DNA of 63,700 nt, the filler included, from Pelomyxa schiedti (taxonomy: Eukaryota; Protista; Evosea), in assembly GCA_020536535.1 (NCBI GenBank). It is 10 parts of 10 records of this genome, joined end to end, with 100 filler letters (N's around TTAATTAATTAA, not from the genome) between each part and the next. Parts side by side here need not be neighbours in the genome. Positions count along the whole stretch, not along the records: positions 12,948 to 42,111 come from JAHLWZ010001012.1; 9 more parts are not named here. One strand, given 5' to 3'. The translations under genes were made by a program, and so were the position numbers. A model generated the notes under the pieces. The model was given only the letters and a program-made list of their open reading frames with translations. It did not search any database and had not been told where the DNA came from. Position 1 is the first letter of the stretch. Each line of letters starts with the position of its first letter. This document shows, piece after piece, positions 21,440 to 32,894 of this stretch.

Positions 21440-22487
21440 TTAGTGGGGTGCACGGACAAAGAATTGCGTGTAGGGGCAAATAAGGGTGGAGTCAAAGGTG
21501 GGTCTTGTTCTGCCATCGTCGTAGGTTCCCATAAATACACCATTTTGTAGGTTGGGGGAAAATGAGTAGACATTGTTTCCATGTGAAAACACTGTGAACA
21601 AGCTTTCTGGACCGTGAGGAGTGCCCTGATGGCAAATTAATACAATTCAAACAAATGCAAGTAGGAAACACACTGATGCATCAAGGTTCTGAGTCGATGG
21701 ATTGAACCGCAGCCACATATGAGGCAAGTGTGCCGACTGAAGCCTTACAAAGGGTCCCTTAGGAAAGAAAGTGTTAGCATTAGGGAAAAGGGAAAGCGGT
21801 ACTATTAACAATAAAAAGCGTAAAAAGAAAACCTCAAAGTACACGTTGAAGTGAGTGTATGGTCCACCACAGCCGTTAAAGTCGATGTATCCAGAGTCAA
21901 TGACTCTGAGCTCACGCATGTGTGCCACAGACTGTAAACACACCTGACTACCAGGTGAAAGTGAACCCTGAAAAAAACCAAGCCGTGAGTGCAACTCCAA
22001 CAATAATATACGATGAACGAATTACCGGAAGGGCAGGTGGCATATAAGGCAACATCGAGGGCATCGGCATTGGCATTGGCATCAAAGGCATCGGAGGGGG
22101 GAGCATCGGCATCATCGGTGGAGGAGGAGGAGGAGGCATCATCATCATCATAGGAGGCGGCGGGGGCAGCATCGGCATCATTGGCATCGGCATGATGGGG
22201 ATCATAGGGGGAGGAGGCGGGGGCGGCGGGTACACCGGCACGGTGACCACGCTCGGGGGCATGTAGACCACCCTGGGCGGGGGCGGCGGCGGGATGTAGT
22301 GGACCTTGGGGGGCCCGAACAGCGCCGAGGCAGCCACCGACGCGGCGGCGCCGAACGCGAGCCCGGCGACCAGCGACCCCCCGCTGGGGTGGTGATGGTG
22401 GTGCACGACAGAGTGGTGCATCGGGTGGTGCGGGACCATCATGTGGCTCATGTGGTTGTGGTGGTGCTTCATGGTGAGTGTCCCCAA
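21440..22487 (-). CDS. His/Pro/Met-rich protein with a C-terminal beta-trefoil-like region, spliced
   Basis: Exon 1 has poly-His and poly-Pro/Met; after a GT-AG intron come GSLSPGSQVCLQSVAHMRELRVIDSGYIDFNGCGGPYTHFN and GPFVRLQSAHLPHMWLRF, a repeated V.LQS motif suggestive of fascin/hisactophilin-like trefoils. Confidence 0.5.
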
Positions 22488-22631
22488 AGCTCGAGCTTGC
22501 TGTGTTGCCTTGTTGTATCGGGTTTTTGTTTTTTTTTTTTTTTACTGCTGTTTCGAAATACAAAAAAAATTATGATGAACTAACGGCGCCAACCGCAGCT
22601 AATTTAGATTGATCAATCATTTTTGTTGGGC

Positions 22632-23558
22632 TTATGGGAAACAGATCCTGAGGGAGGGTTGCTCGGGGAGGTGCCATTGTGTTGACCGGATTATGGTGTG
22701 CCCCTTATCTCTTCTCTTGAGAAGTCAGCTTCGTAAACCAGCAGAGCGGTGTAGGTCTGCCACTTGACTTGTGGGTCATTCAACACATCAGGAGAGGAAA
22801 TTCCTGCTTTGTTATAGGCACAGTGAGTCACAAATGTGCGAACATCCCATCCTTGCTCAGTTGCAACCTGATGTGTGTTGTTTATGGAATTAGGAGGGAA
22901 AATAAAAACAAGGTAAATTAACCTGAGGCAGATAGGTACCGCTGTTGTACCCTTTTTTCACAATAATGCCGTGAACTCCAACCTTGACTTCATTGAGAGG
23001 GTCAGTTATTGACACAGGACTAGTCAGAACGGAAATGCATATATCAATGTTGTTCCTGTGAGAGGATGTTTTCCTTAGAACTCATTGAGCCGCGTAACTT
23101 ACCTGAATTCATCCAAACTTATACCGTGGAACCGGCTGTCATAAAGTGATGCCTTCGCTCTGGATATAACAACCTACGTAGTATATTAATCAGATAACAA
23201 AATGCGCCTAATGACCGAAAAATACTTTATAAAGAGGGTCATCGGGTGAGAAGCAACCAATGCAACCTCTCAACTTGCCATGATTCTTATATGTTACAAA
23301 ACACCCTCCACATTGGCAATCCAAATGCAGGGCCTATTATAAGTTACGGTACTGAATCCAAAATACATAAACACATATCACATATCAGCAAATTATTTCT
23401 AAGTATTATTATTGCAAAAACACCCAACGATGTGATGTGCATACTCGAGCTTCGGCGTCGAAAGACCCATAATCCCGGTTTTCCAAGGTGCACTCGGCCA
23501 CCTGCCTCGCCATCTTCATGAGGAACCTCCTCTGCTCCGTATTTAACTCCTCGACCAT
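22632..23558 (-). CDS. AMMECR1-domain protein of the prokaryotic AmmeMemoRadiSam protein A type, spliced
   Basis: MVEELNTEQRRFLMKMARQVAE.../...GCFVTYKNHGKLRGCIGCFSPDDPLYK/VVISRAKASLYDSRFHGISLDEFR/NNIDICISVLTSP...GVHGIIVKKGYNSGTYLPQ/VATEQGWD...KAG. LRGCIG, D.RF, ISVL and GTYLPQVA.EQGW are family hallmarks. Confidence 0.88.
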
Positions 23559-23705
23559 TTTGTAAACAATATCGCCCGGTGCGGTTATGGCTTTGTGCAC
23601 CCCCGCGTTGGGTCCAGCCGAAGAAATTTAGAAAAGAAATTCTAGCCTACATCACATATTTTTTTCAATAGAGATTCCGTGTCACACACCCAAGTACTAC
23701 TACAT

Positions 23706-24118
23706 ACAATAGCTTTGTGTGCAGGTGCATGTGGTACAGAGAGGTGGAGTGGTGATGATGTGAGGCTGTGCTCAAGCATGTGCCCTTGTGTTGCTTCCAC
23801 ACCACTTTATGCGAACCCACGAAAAAATAGAGATTTTTATTTTTATTTATCCCAATCATCCCCTCCTGTGCCTCCTCCTTACCTATCGCTCTGGTCGGTG
23901 CCTTGGTGGCTCTGTTGTCTCGAGCGTCTTCTCGACGTTTGAGGCCAACTCGGGGTCGGCGGCTCAATACCCGGCGAACTCAATTTTTTTTTTTTCATTT
24001 CGAATTTTTAAGAGAGAAAAAAAAATATAAAACTCCTTGACCATGGGTGTGACGATGGATGGCAGGGAGACAATAGCTTTGTGTGCAGGTGCATGTGGTA
24101 CAGAGAAGTGGAGTGGTG
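23706..24118 (+). repeat. 49-bp direct repeat (23706-23754, 24070-24118), 1 mismatch
   Basis: ACAATAGCTTTGTGTGCAGGTGCATGTGGTACAGAGA[G/A]GTGGAGTGGTG occurs twice. Confidence 0.92.
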
Positions 24119-24142
24119 GGGAAAAAAAAATTTTTATTGGTG

Positions 24143-25734
24143 CTAGACGCCCGAGTTTGTTTTTGTTTGTGGGTCTGTTGTTGCTGTTGTAGGTGGTGTT
24201 GTAGAACAGGGGGCAGGAACTGTGGAATTGGTGCCTGTGATTGTGTGTTTCCAGGCTTCTAAACGGGGAAGGGCATCGGGTGTGAGGTCTAGCAAGGCTT
24301 CGGAGACTGCTTTTATTGCTTCGAATTCGTAATTGGCGGGCACGTCATGGTGGAGATACTAAGTGACCAGTTGGAATGCCTTAGCATCCCAGCAATCCAG
24401 GAGCCTCAAGTTGCCCAATGGTTTGTTAAAAGTGGTATTCAAAGCAATAAGATACTCCAGAGTTTCCTTTTGGTTCAATTAGGGGTATTAAAGAGGTGGG
24501 ACGAGGAGATTACAATGTGTAATGCAGAGCAGTACAGTTCAATAGGGCAACAACCCCTTTCCGTAGCCACGGGAGTAAGGCAATCAGGAAACTCTGAAAT
24601 AAGGCACTGCGCAATAAGTGCCACACGGCAACAACGATCAATTTCGGGGCTATACAGCTGGGCAGCTGTAATGCATGCACCAAGGGCACCTATTCCCTGG
24701 ACAATGTTCAAGCAAGGGCGGCACTTAAGCTTTGTCATAACTGCATCCCAATCTGGTGGCGAATCTTGTGTAGTGTATTCCATTGGGATCGCTCCTGCTT
24801 CCTTGCCATCCTCTTTGATGTCGGTGAGAATCTCTTTGATAGAAAGAAGTCTTACCATCAGAAACAGCGAAAGAGCATGACCATTCCTTGAGTGAATGAC
24901 CTGGAAGGAAAACGCAATCTGCAAGAATGTGGCGAATGTCACTAGTGTGGTAGAAAATGGGAGTTTTTCCTGGAATGTCCCAGGAGACTCCCCTACAGAA
25001 GCAGGGGGCTAATAGATTGCGCAGCACCCTCGGTGCTTCGTTGCTGAGCACCCAAGTCACTAAATGAGACCTGATTCTGCTGTTGATAGTTATCTGGCGG
25101 GCCTCATGTGGGTTAATAATGTTGCAAGACTTGAGACCGGCAAGGAATAATCGACGAGATTCTGCCTCAAGTGTGGTTGCGTATTCACGAAGGACAGAAG
25201 AAGGTCTCTGTGAAGTTGAAAAACCAAATGCTGTGCCTACCACTGGTAATCATTTATTTGCTATCAAATTATTATTTACAGTATCTCTAGATCATAAAAA
25301 GGGAGTTGCGCCCTCCGTTCCAACCAAGATTTCACAAATTAAAAGATGGCGGAATAACCGGAACGGGAAGGTGTCAACTGGGCTAACACCCATACCACAG
25401 TAGCTCCTCCAAATAGTACTGGTATTTCGTTGTATAAGGTAAATCTCATTACTAATATTTTATCTAGATAATCCTAAACGACACTCTTAAATGTAGTAAT
25501 TGTGGAGTATAACAAAATACCAGTTTTTCTCGAAACCTTGGGTGGAATTTCAGCGACCTCATCACTGACACTACCACTACCAACAGCTCTCTTCGATCCT
25601 GCCAATTCTTCATTGTCTTTTGATTCAAATTTGACGGTTGAGGCTGAGGCTGAGGCTGAGTCTGAGTCAGACGCAATTGGTGCCAAATGCACAGCAGGTA
25701 CAGGTGCATCAGATGTCGCTCGTAGGTTTGCCAT
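24143..25734 (-). CDS. Hypothetical multi-exon protein
   Basis: Stacked minus-strand ORFs 25474-25734, 24725-25243, 24475-24942 and 24143-24343 with short interruptions; no recognised domain. Confidence 0.45.
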
Positions 25735-25993
25735 TATTTGCCTGTGAGAATGGACCGTTGATTAGTTCGCGGAAGGTCTTCTGATTTGGATCTCTGGGAA
25801 ACATACTCAGAGTGTGACTCAGCCTATTACTACACCAACCACCAACATCACAAAGGAGTAAAGTAAAACCCTTAACCTTGTTCCCCTTTCTATTCTTGTG
25901 TTTACATTGATGGGCGACAAGGGTAGTATTCCCACACGGCTGACGCCCCAGGACGTAATTTCCGTCACCCAGGCTTGCGATTCTCGGAGATCA

Positions 25994-26234
25994 TTGGGGT
26001 GCCCTGGGTTCTTTAGAAAACTGTCCATCAGACCACACATGTCACAGATCAAAGTGATAGTAATGCCTGTTCGGCAGACCAGCCAGGGGAATGTTCTGAC
26101 AGAAAAAGAAGTGTCTCACTTGTCAATCCTCTTACATTCCCCTGGCTGGTCTGCCGAACAGGCATTACTATCACTTTGATCTGTGACATGTGCGGTCTGA
26201 TCGAGAGTTTTCTCAGGAACACTGGGCACCCCAA
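25994..26234. repeat. Fold-back inverted repeat: 101-bp arms (25994-26094, 26134-26234), 39-nt loop
   Basis: Arms match at 94/101 positions; the inner 59 bp are perfect and all 7 mismatches lie in the outer 42 bp. Confidence 0.96.
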
Positions 26235-27712
26235 AAGATAGGAGATGGAAAAAAAAAGAAAGAAAAAAGAAGTGAAGTAAACAGATAAAAATTGTTTTTT
26301 TGGTTGCCCTGCAAGTATTTATTAATACACTTTATTCCCATCGAGAAAGGTTTATCCTCCGCCTGCTTCCTCTTTTGCGTTCGAAAAAAAGATATTAATA
26401 AAACGACCTTCGTTGAAATCAAACCCATTATCTTGAGACTCCAGCCATTTCTTGACACAGGCAAATCGTGTCTTGTGCTCCTTTCCTGATTTGTTACCTT
26501 GCCCAGAGTTCATGTTGCTCAGACTGGAGTGATGGTGGCACAGAATTCAACATTAGGAAAAAAAAACGAAAAGAGTATGGGCATTGTCCTTGGCTTCATC
26601 GATGAGAATACTCAAGATAAACTGGAATGCCTGTTGCTAAGCGCGGTAATCATCCTGCCGATAATACTGAAGAGGAATAGAAACTGCGCGGAATTAGCAC
26701 CCCATTGGTGCTCCAGTTGTTGCAAAGGCATTGACTAAATTGACGGCATCAGCCTGTAATCGCTCAGGGCAAAAATAATCGGTTCTGGAGTCTCACGTGC
26801 TGCACTAAATTCAGCCATCTGGCCTTTACAGCTGAACTATTGAGCTGAATACCAACAATTTACATAATTTCATAAGAAGCACGAGTAGCTAATCTGAGTG
26901 AGCAGAGAATAGATTGGGTTTATTGATTGAGAAAACAAGAAACAAACCAAAATCGATTCTAGAATCTGCCGGTGATTTCTTCACACTAAAGTGCTTCCTC
27001 TTACTCTCAGCTCTTGATGTTTTAGAAACTTCGTAAGAATAACGGGACCATACAAGCCAGTCATAAAACACATCAGGAATTAGATAGATGAAGTCGTCCC
27101 CTTGTTTATCTGGTGCGCGTGATTCCAATATTGGATTACAGTGCAGTGAAAACCTTCGTTTAGGATATAGATGCTCTTTCTTCTAAATTCCCTGACTTCA
27201 AGATAAAATCGGTATTATTATATTGGATGAAGTAAATTGCTAAGGTCGGTGCAGGAGATGAACTTTTCACCATGCCAATTCTTGTTCTCACCGGAGATAC
27301 TATCTTCAGTTTTAGAAAACAGCCAAGACATAAAGAAAACGAGATACAGTAGGACAAGGAGATAAAGAGTGAAGCAAACCTCTGTGTGATGTCAGTATCG
27401 TTCGACAAAGGTGGCAGAGGCCGAGCCGGCGACGCATACCACAGGTTTCTCACCTCGTTCCCGCTCCTTTTCGCCGGAGTCGCCGCTGTTTCGATCCCTT
27501 CGCCGTCTCTGCCCCTCTCACAACGTGACACAGACCCTCCACCACTCTCGCCGTGCTTCTTCCTGTTCCTGTCCTTATTCTTATTCTTGTTCCTGCGTGT
27601 GTTACCGCCCTCAGCCCTTGATGCCAGCCTTCTTTGAACCTGCTGTTTCCAGACCTTGGTGGAAAAGCGAAATGAGACTGTCCAATTTAGTTATTCGTAA
27701 AAACCATGCACA

Positions 27713-29186
27713 TCACGACAACTTTTTTGGGTGGGCAGTTGGGTGGACGGTGGCATACACCTCAATTCCAGAGAGGCAAAGTACCATCAGCCCTCGTGCA
27801 TTGGGGCCAATGTTTACAACTCGGAGGTACTGGAACATCAGAGGTTTCTCCTTTGTTTTAGCAGGATCAGTGCCTGCCATTGGCGCAATTGGCCAAGTGT
27901 GCGTTTCCCCAAAGTGAGATAGTGCAGTGCAATCAACTTGCTGGTCAAGAATCATCCAAGCCCTCCCTAAGAATTTGTTTAAAAAATTGGGTTGTGAAAA
28001 GGGATAGTCATGCCATCTGTGCTTGCTTGTAATTGCCAGTTCCGTGGGTGGGATCCATCCCCATTTGGGCCATATGCCCGGATAGTGTAGTGAGTTGGGT
28101 AACAGAAACAATGTTCTTTAAAATCCACCTGCCAGTATGTTAGGCATAAACTTGAACTCTAGTGTCGTACCATAAACCACTCTCCAGGAGTGCGACTGTT
28201 ATTTTGAGTATGGAGGTGAGCAGGAGTACGGCCCACGAAATTTGGAACCAATCCACAGCAATCTGCCCCATCACCAGAGGAACGAGTTACTTCAACCTCA
28301 CCCAGTCCATGAGGATTGTGCCAGGTCCCGGTCTTGCCCTTGGTCCCAATCCAGTACAGTAGTCCTAAGAACTCAGAAATGCAAAATAATAACCTGCAAG
28401 CGCACACCATTTTCATCAAAGTCTGAAGTGTACCGTAGCTCTGTCCCTGTGGAGCCTATCATAGATAGGCGCCCCAAGTCAGGCAAGCAATAGAAATCAG
28501 CTTCCTCTAAAATTTTTGCCCTGATAGCAGGGTCCTCAGGCAGTGCGATTTTCTTGTTTCTCAAATACTCCAAAATGAAGCAGAACAAGTCCCCATCTCT
28601 GTCAATAAAGTAAGAGCCATCATCCCTCCTACATGGTGCAAATCGTCCTATAGACCAATAAGTAAACAAACGTAAGTGATTTAGAATTTAGAACAACACT
28701 AATCATTACAAAAACCCATGCACAACTCACAAGTACCTCATCCCACAATCCGATACCAGAGGGAAACCGCCGCCACATCAACACACACAACGACGCCACA
28801 ACAACCAACCAACCAACCAAGAACACACCCGAGAACATCGTGGCCAGCATCGTATTAGGCACGCTAAGCAAAGTCGACTTGCACGTCACGTGCCTCCTGC
28901 CCCCCACGTCCAGAGTGACCACCTCCTCGCCGTCCACCGCGGCCCTCCCTGCGCACCGCTCCGCCGCCGCCCGCTTCTCGTCCAGCCTGCGGTGCTCCCT
29001 CTCCAGCGCCGCCTGCAGCCGCGCGAACAGCGCCCCGCAGTCCTCGCCGCCCTCCCCGGTGCCTCCCTCGTGGCTGATGTCCGCCGCGGACGTGGAGGTG
29101 GACGTGGAGGCGGTTGCCGGGTGGGATTTCCATAATGCGGCGATGCCGCTTGTTGTCGATGATGAGGCGTTGGTGCTTGACGACAT
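27713..29186 (-). CDS. KCTD-type BTB/POZ protein with C-terminal galactose-binding-like (HECTD1/BTBD-type) domain, spliced
   Basis: EVVTLDVGGRRHVTCKSTLLSVPNTMLATMFSG and YFIDRDGDLFCFILEYLRNKK...ILEEADFY (KCTD BTB). These are followed by LRYTSDFDENG/YWIGTKG...WHNPHGLGEVEVTRSS...WF and FQYLRVVNIGPNARGLMVLCLSGIEVY. Confidence 0.82.
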
Positions 29187-29353
29187 GCTGTGTCGGTTGG
29201 CCTTTTGGTGTTTTTTTTTAAAAGCGTCGGTTTGGGACTTTTTATAAAATGGTTCTGGTAACGGAATCGTCAAATGACGTTAGGAGAGATCTCTTGCAAG
29301 AGCAACAACAGATCGTCTCATTGACCAGGAGGTCCCGGTGATGAGGGCCTTCA

Positions 29354-31748
29354 TCATTCCTGTGAGTGCATGACGTACAGGGGCAGGACTTGCTCTGCTT
29401 TGAAGAATACCCACTCCTCCCCGTCGGGACTTTCGTGTGTGTCGTATCCGGGCTTGCAGGGTTCCCCAACACAAAGATCTTTGAGCTTGCACACGCGGCC
29501 TCGTAATACTGCGCATACAAAAACGCAACTGCAATATGTGATGTCATTGTGTAAGTATTAATTGTGCATTGGCAGTTGTTTTTTTTGTTTTTCGTGTGGT
29601 GAGAACGACGTATTTTTTTTTTTTGGTTTCTGAGAGGTTTTTGGGAGTGCAATGCTGTTAGGTTTTAATAGTACCTGCCATAGCCTGCTGCAAGCCCCGC
29701 ATCTGGAGAGAGGTATATTCCTTTTCCATACCACCCGGTATCCGTAGCGTGCTTAACTCCCGATGATTTTCCAGGTACAAGCAACCCCTTTTGTATGATT
29801 CCGGTCTGCCGGCTGCCTGATGTCCCGTGGTATGCCATTTCCAGGCCCTGGGAGCCGCTTCCGTACATACGTTCCAAGCGGGCGTACTCGTCCGAAAAGC
29901 GCGACTTTAGACTGTCGTTGGGGAGGGGCCACACCAAGAGATTCGGCACGATATCGGAAAGCTTGGAGAGAGCTTTGTGAACCATGGAGAACGTTACAGG
30001 GGTTCCACTTTGCGGAAAGTTCGGTATCTGATACCTAGGTTCAAGTTAGGTTCGCTAATGACTACAAAAAGGTGTACCCAAGGAGTAAACCTGATTTAAT
30101 TGAAAGTGGGTCTGTTCCAATAGGTGGTGGAGGGGCAGAACCACCACCTGGAACTAGTGTATATCCCAAGTTATTATCCTTGTCATCCTCATCTTGCTCA
30201 TCTTGATAGTGAATCTTCCTATACGCTTTGGGCATAGTATTGGAGCACTTCCCGGTAACACTATTCCTGTAGTATATTAAGCCATTTCTAGTCTTTACTT
30301 CGGTCCATGAAGAATCAATTTCATCTTTGGAACCTTCTTCATGAATATTTCGGCTGCCAAGCCCATCACCACTCCCCCAGGCATTTACAATAAAACCCAG
30401 AGAGACTTTTGGGGTTGTAGAAGGGCGTCTCATCATGTTGCTATCGTAGGGGCTAGTGGATGATGTATCCCCACCATATTTCTTCTGCAGTTCCCGTGCT
30501 ATTTGCTCGTCTTTGCTTGTATCATTTGATACTGGTTTTGGTTTTCTGTACCCAGGTTTATTAATTTCTTCCTGCAGGATTCTTGCCATAGCTTCGTCAT
30601 CCAATACTTGATTGCCTTGGATCCTTGGTTGCACAGGGGCTTTCTTTCTATATTTGGGATGCTTGGCACTGTCATCTTCTTGAAGCACTCTGGCAAGTAC
30701 TTCGTCGTTCTGAATTTGCTCTCTTATTTCCGAGCTCTTTGTTCTCACAGTCAATAGTGGTGGTGGGGCTGGACTACTACTAGAAGATGTTGTACAAGAA
30801 GTGGTGCTAGAAACTGCTGTTGATACTACAGTGGATGTGGTGGGTGCAACGGGTGAAGTACTTTTGGCAGACGAAGTTTTACCTCCAGTTCTTCTACTAT
30901 TGTCTTCTTCTTCCTGGAGTAACCTTGCCAGAGCTTCATCATCAGTTAAACTGGGGATAGCTTTTGTGGCACTTGGCACAGACGCAGGTTTTGGAACCGA
31001 TGTAGGCTTTGGGACAGAAGTAGGTTTGGGAGCTGCCGAATCATGTGTCAGTCTTCTTGCCAATTCTTCATCCTGCTTCTCCTGGGCTTCCATCACCGCC
31101 AACCTGTTTGAGCTTCAGAAAACTTTGGCCTACAGTACCAACACAAAGCAACCTAGCCAGTTCCTCCTCGTAGAGGGCCTTTGCCAGAGCAGCATCAGAG
31201 GCCACGATGCGAACCATCTCATCCTGCAGTGAGCTTCCAGGTTTTCCACTCTCGACGGTCTCGCGGAGATTGAACCCAAACAGCTCATCATACACCCCGT
31301 CGACATCCCAGAACGCGCTGCTCTGCCTGCTGCTCGTCAGGTCGAAAGCGGCCAGGGCCCCCAAGCCCACAGGACCCAACGCCGACGCTGCCGCCGCCGC
31401 CGATGACGAAGCGGTGGTAGTGCTAGTAGTAGGGGACGTCGCAGGCTTACTTGTGCCGTCCCCGCTGGGTTTTGTCCCCTTCCCCTCCTGGTCCCGCTCA
31501 CCACCCTGTGGTTCGGTCCTCGCGCCCGAGGCTCCGGTCGCGGGGCCGGTTGGGGCGGCTGGGACTGCTGCCGCCGTGGAAGGGGGCGCCTGGGGCTTTG
31601 TGACTCCCACCCTGCTCCTCTTGGGGCAGGGTGGCCTGGCTTCATCCTCGACGTGGTGCTTCTGCTGCGACGACGCTGCTGCAGTTGCACCCACGTCATC
31701 GATTCTCTTTAGCCTGGCAGGTGGCTCCTCTCCTTCGTCAGTTGACAT
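29354..31748 (-). CDS. Ubiquitin-binding (UIM/MIU-like) repeats + WW domain + PARP-like ADP-ribosyltransferase, one spliced gene
   Basis: Introns 31104-31152, 30035-30077 and 29529-29674 join ORFs 31068-31916, 30062-31102, 29665-29985 and a last exon in frame. The product has repeated D(E/D)..AR.LQ(E) motifs, WW (WTEVKTRNGLIYYRNSVTG) and a catalytic domain AYHGT...GLLVPG...GWYGKGIYLSP...GY...VCAVLRG...GYDTHESPDGEEWVFF...QVLPLY. Confidence 0.78.
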
Positions 31749-32079
31749 TCCCCTGCTTTCAGTCAAACCAACGACTCGTCGAATCACTAGATGTTTTTTT
31801 TTCCTTGTCTTTTTCCCCCCAATCTCTGGCCCCATCACAGAAAAAATGCAAAAGAATTCATCAAACGGCCCCTCAATCGAAAAGAAACCACAGAACAAAC
31901 AAAAAAAAAAAAACAAACGCCGTACCGGTGTTGCGTACGTGAGGGCGGTGAGATCTTGTCAGTGTGCCCTTGTTGTTATCATTTCCAAGCAAACCTTGGT
32001 AACAACGACAGTGGGTGTGAGATCTCTGGAGTGTGGCCGCGACTTGCGTATTTGAGTTGCAGTAGTTGGGGAGAGGGAA

Positions 32080-32804
32080 ATGTTCGCGGGTGAACGAGAG
32101 AGCCGCGCGCGAACGATATGGTTCGTTGTTGCGTCGCTGAGTTGCGCCGTAGTGAACGTTGCGGCGCTGGTGCTGGTGTGGTTTGGAATCGCGGTGTACC
32201 TGCACGACCCCTTCATAGTTTTCTTGTTTGTGATAGCGCAGGTGGCTCTGGTGTGCTTCTTGTACGCGCCTGTGGCACTAAACGTTGTTGCGCTACTGTT
32301 GGTCACCAGGGCTAAAAAGACTGTAATCACTCTGGTCTCCGTAGTACTTTCTTGCGGCAATGCAGGTGAATATCTCTTTCTTGGATTCCCCAAGATGACT
32401 TTTTTTTTCTTTTCAGGTGCCTGTGTTATGCACAGTTACTCTGCCATCAAAGGTTTGTTCAAAAAATGTTCATTACCATTTTCACCCATCCCTAAGATGC
32501 CGTACAATGCCAGGAAGGCGATGAAACAAACAACATCTGTGCATATGAAGACTTATTTTGTGCTGGGGTGGTGCTCGCTTTATTTTCTAGTGCCGTCACA
32601 GCTCTTGTGTCAGTCACCATTTTGCTGCAGCACATGATGCAGCTTCAGGTTAATGCAGCCGGCACAGGATACCATAGTCTTGCACCTTCACCCATAAACT
32701 CCAAGGTGGACTCTACCACAATGCTCCCAGGGGATTCAGTTGCCATCCCCGAAGATGAGTATGTGGAGAGTTCTGACAACCAAGCTTTCAGTGGCAAGTT
32801 GTAA
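32080..32804 (+). CDS. Hypothetical multi-pass membrane protein, spliced
   Basis: Several long hydrophobic segments in 32080-32637 and 32568-32804; end uncertain. Confidence 0.5.
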
Positions 32805-32894
32805 TTTTTGTTATCGTTAAATTTTGTGTTCAAATCAACCCTTTTTGTATTTCTTCTCTTCAGGGGAAGTTCAGTATTTTTTTGAGCTTGTTCT

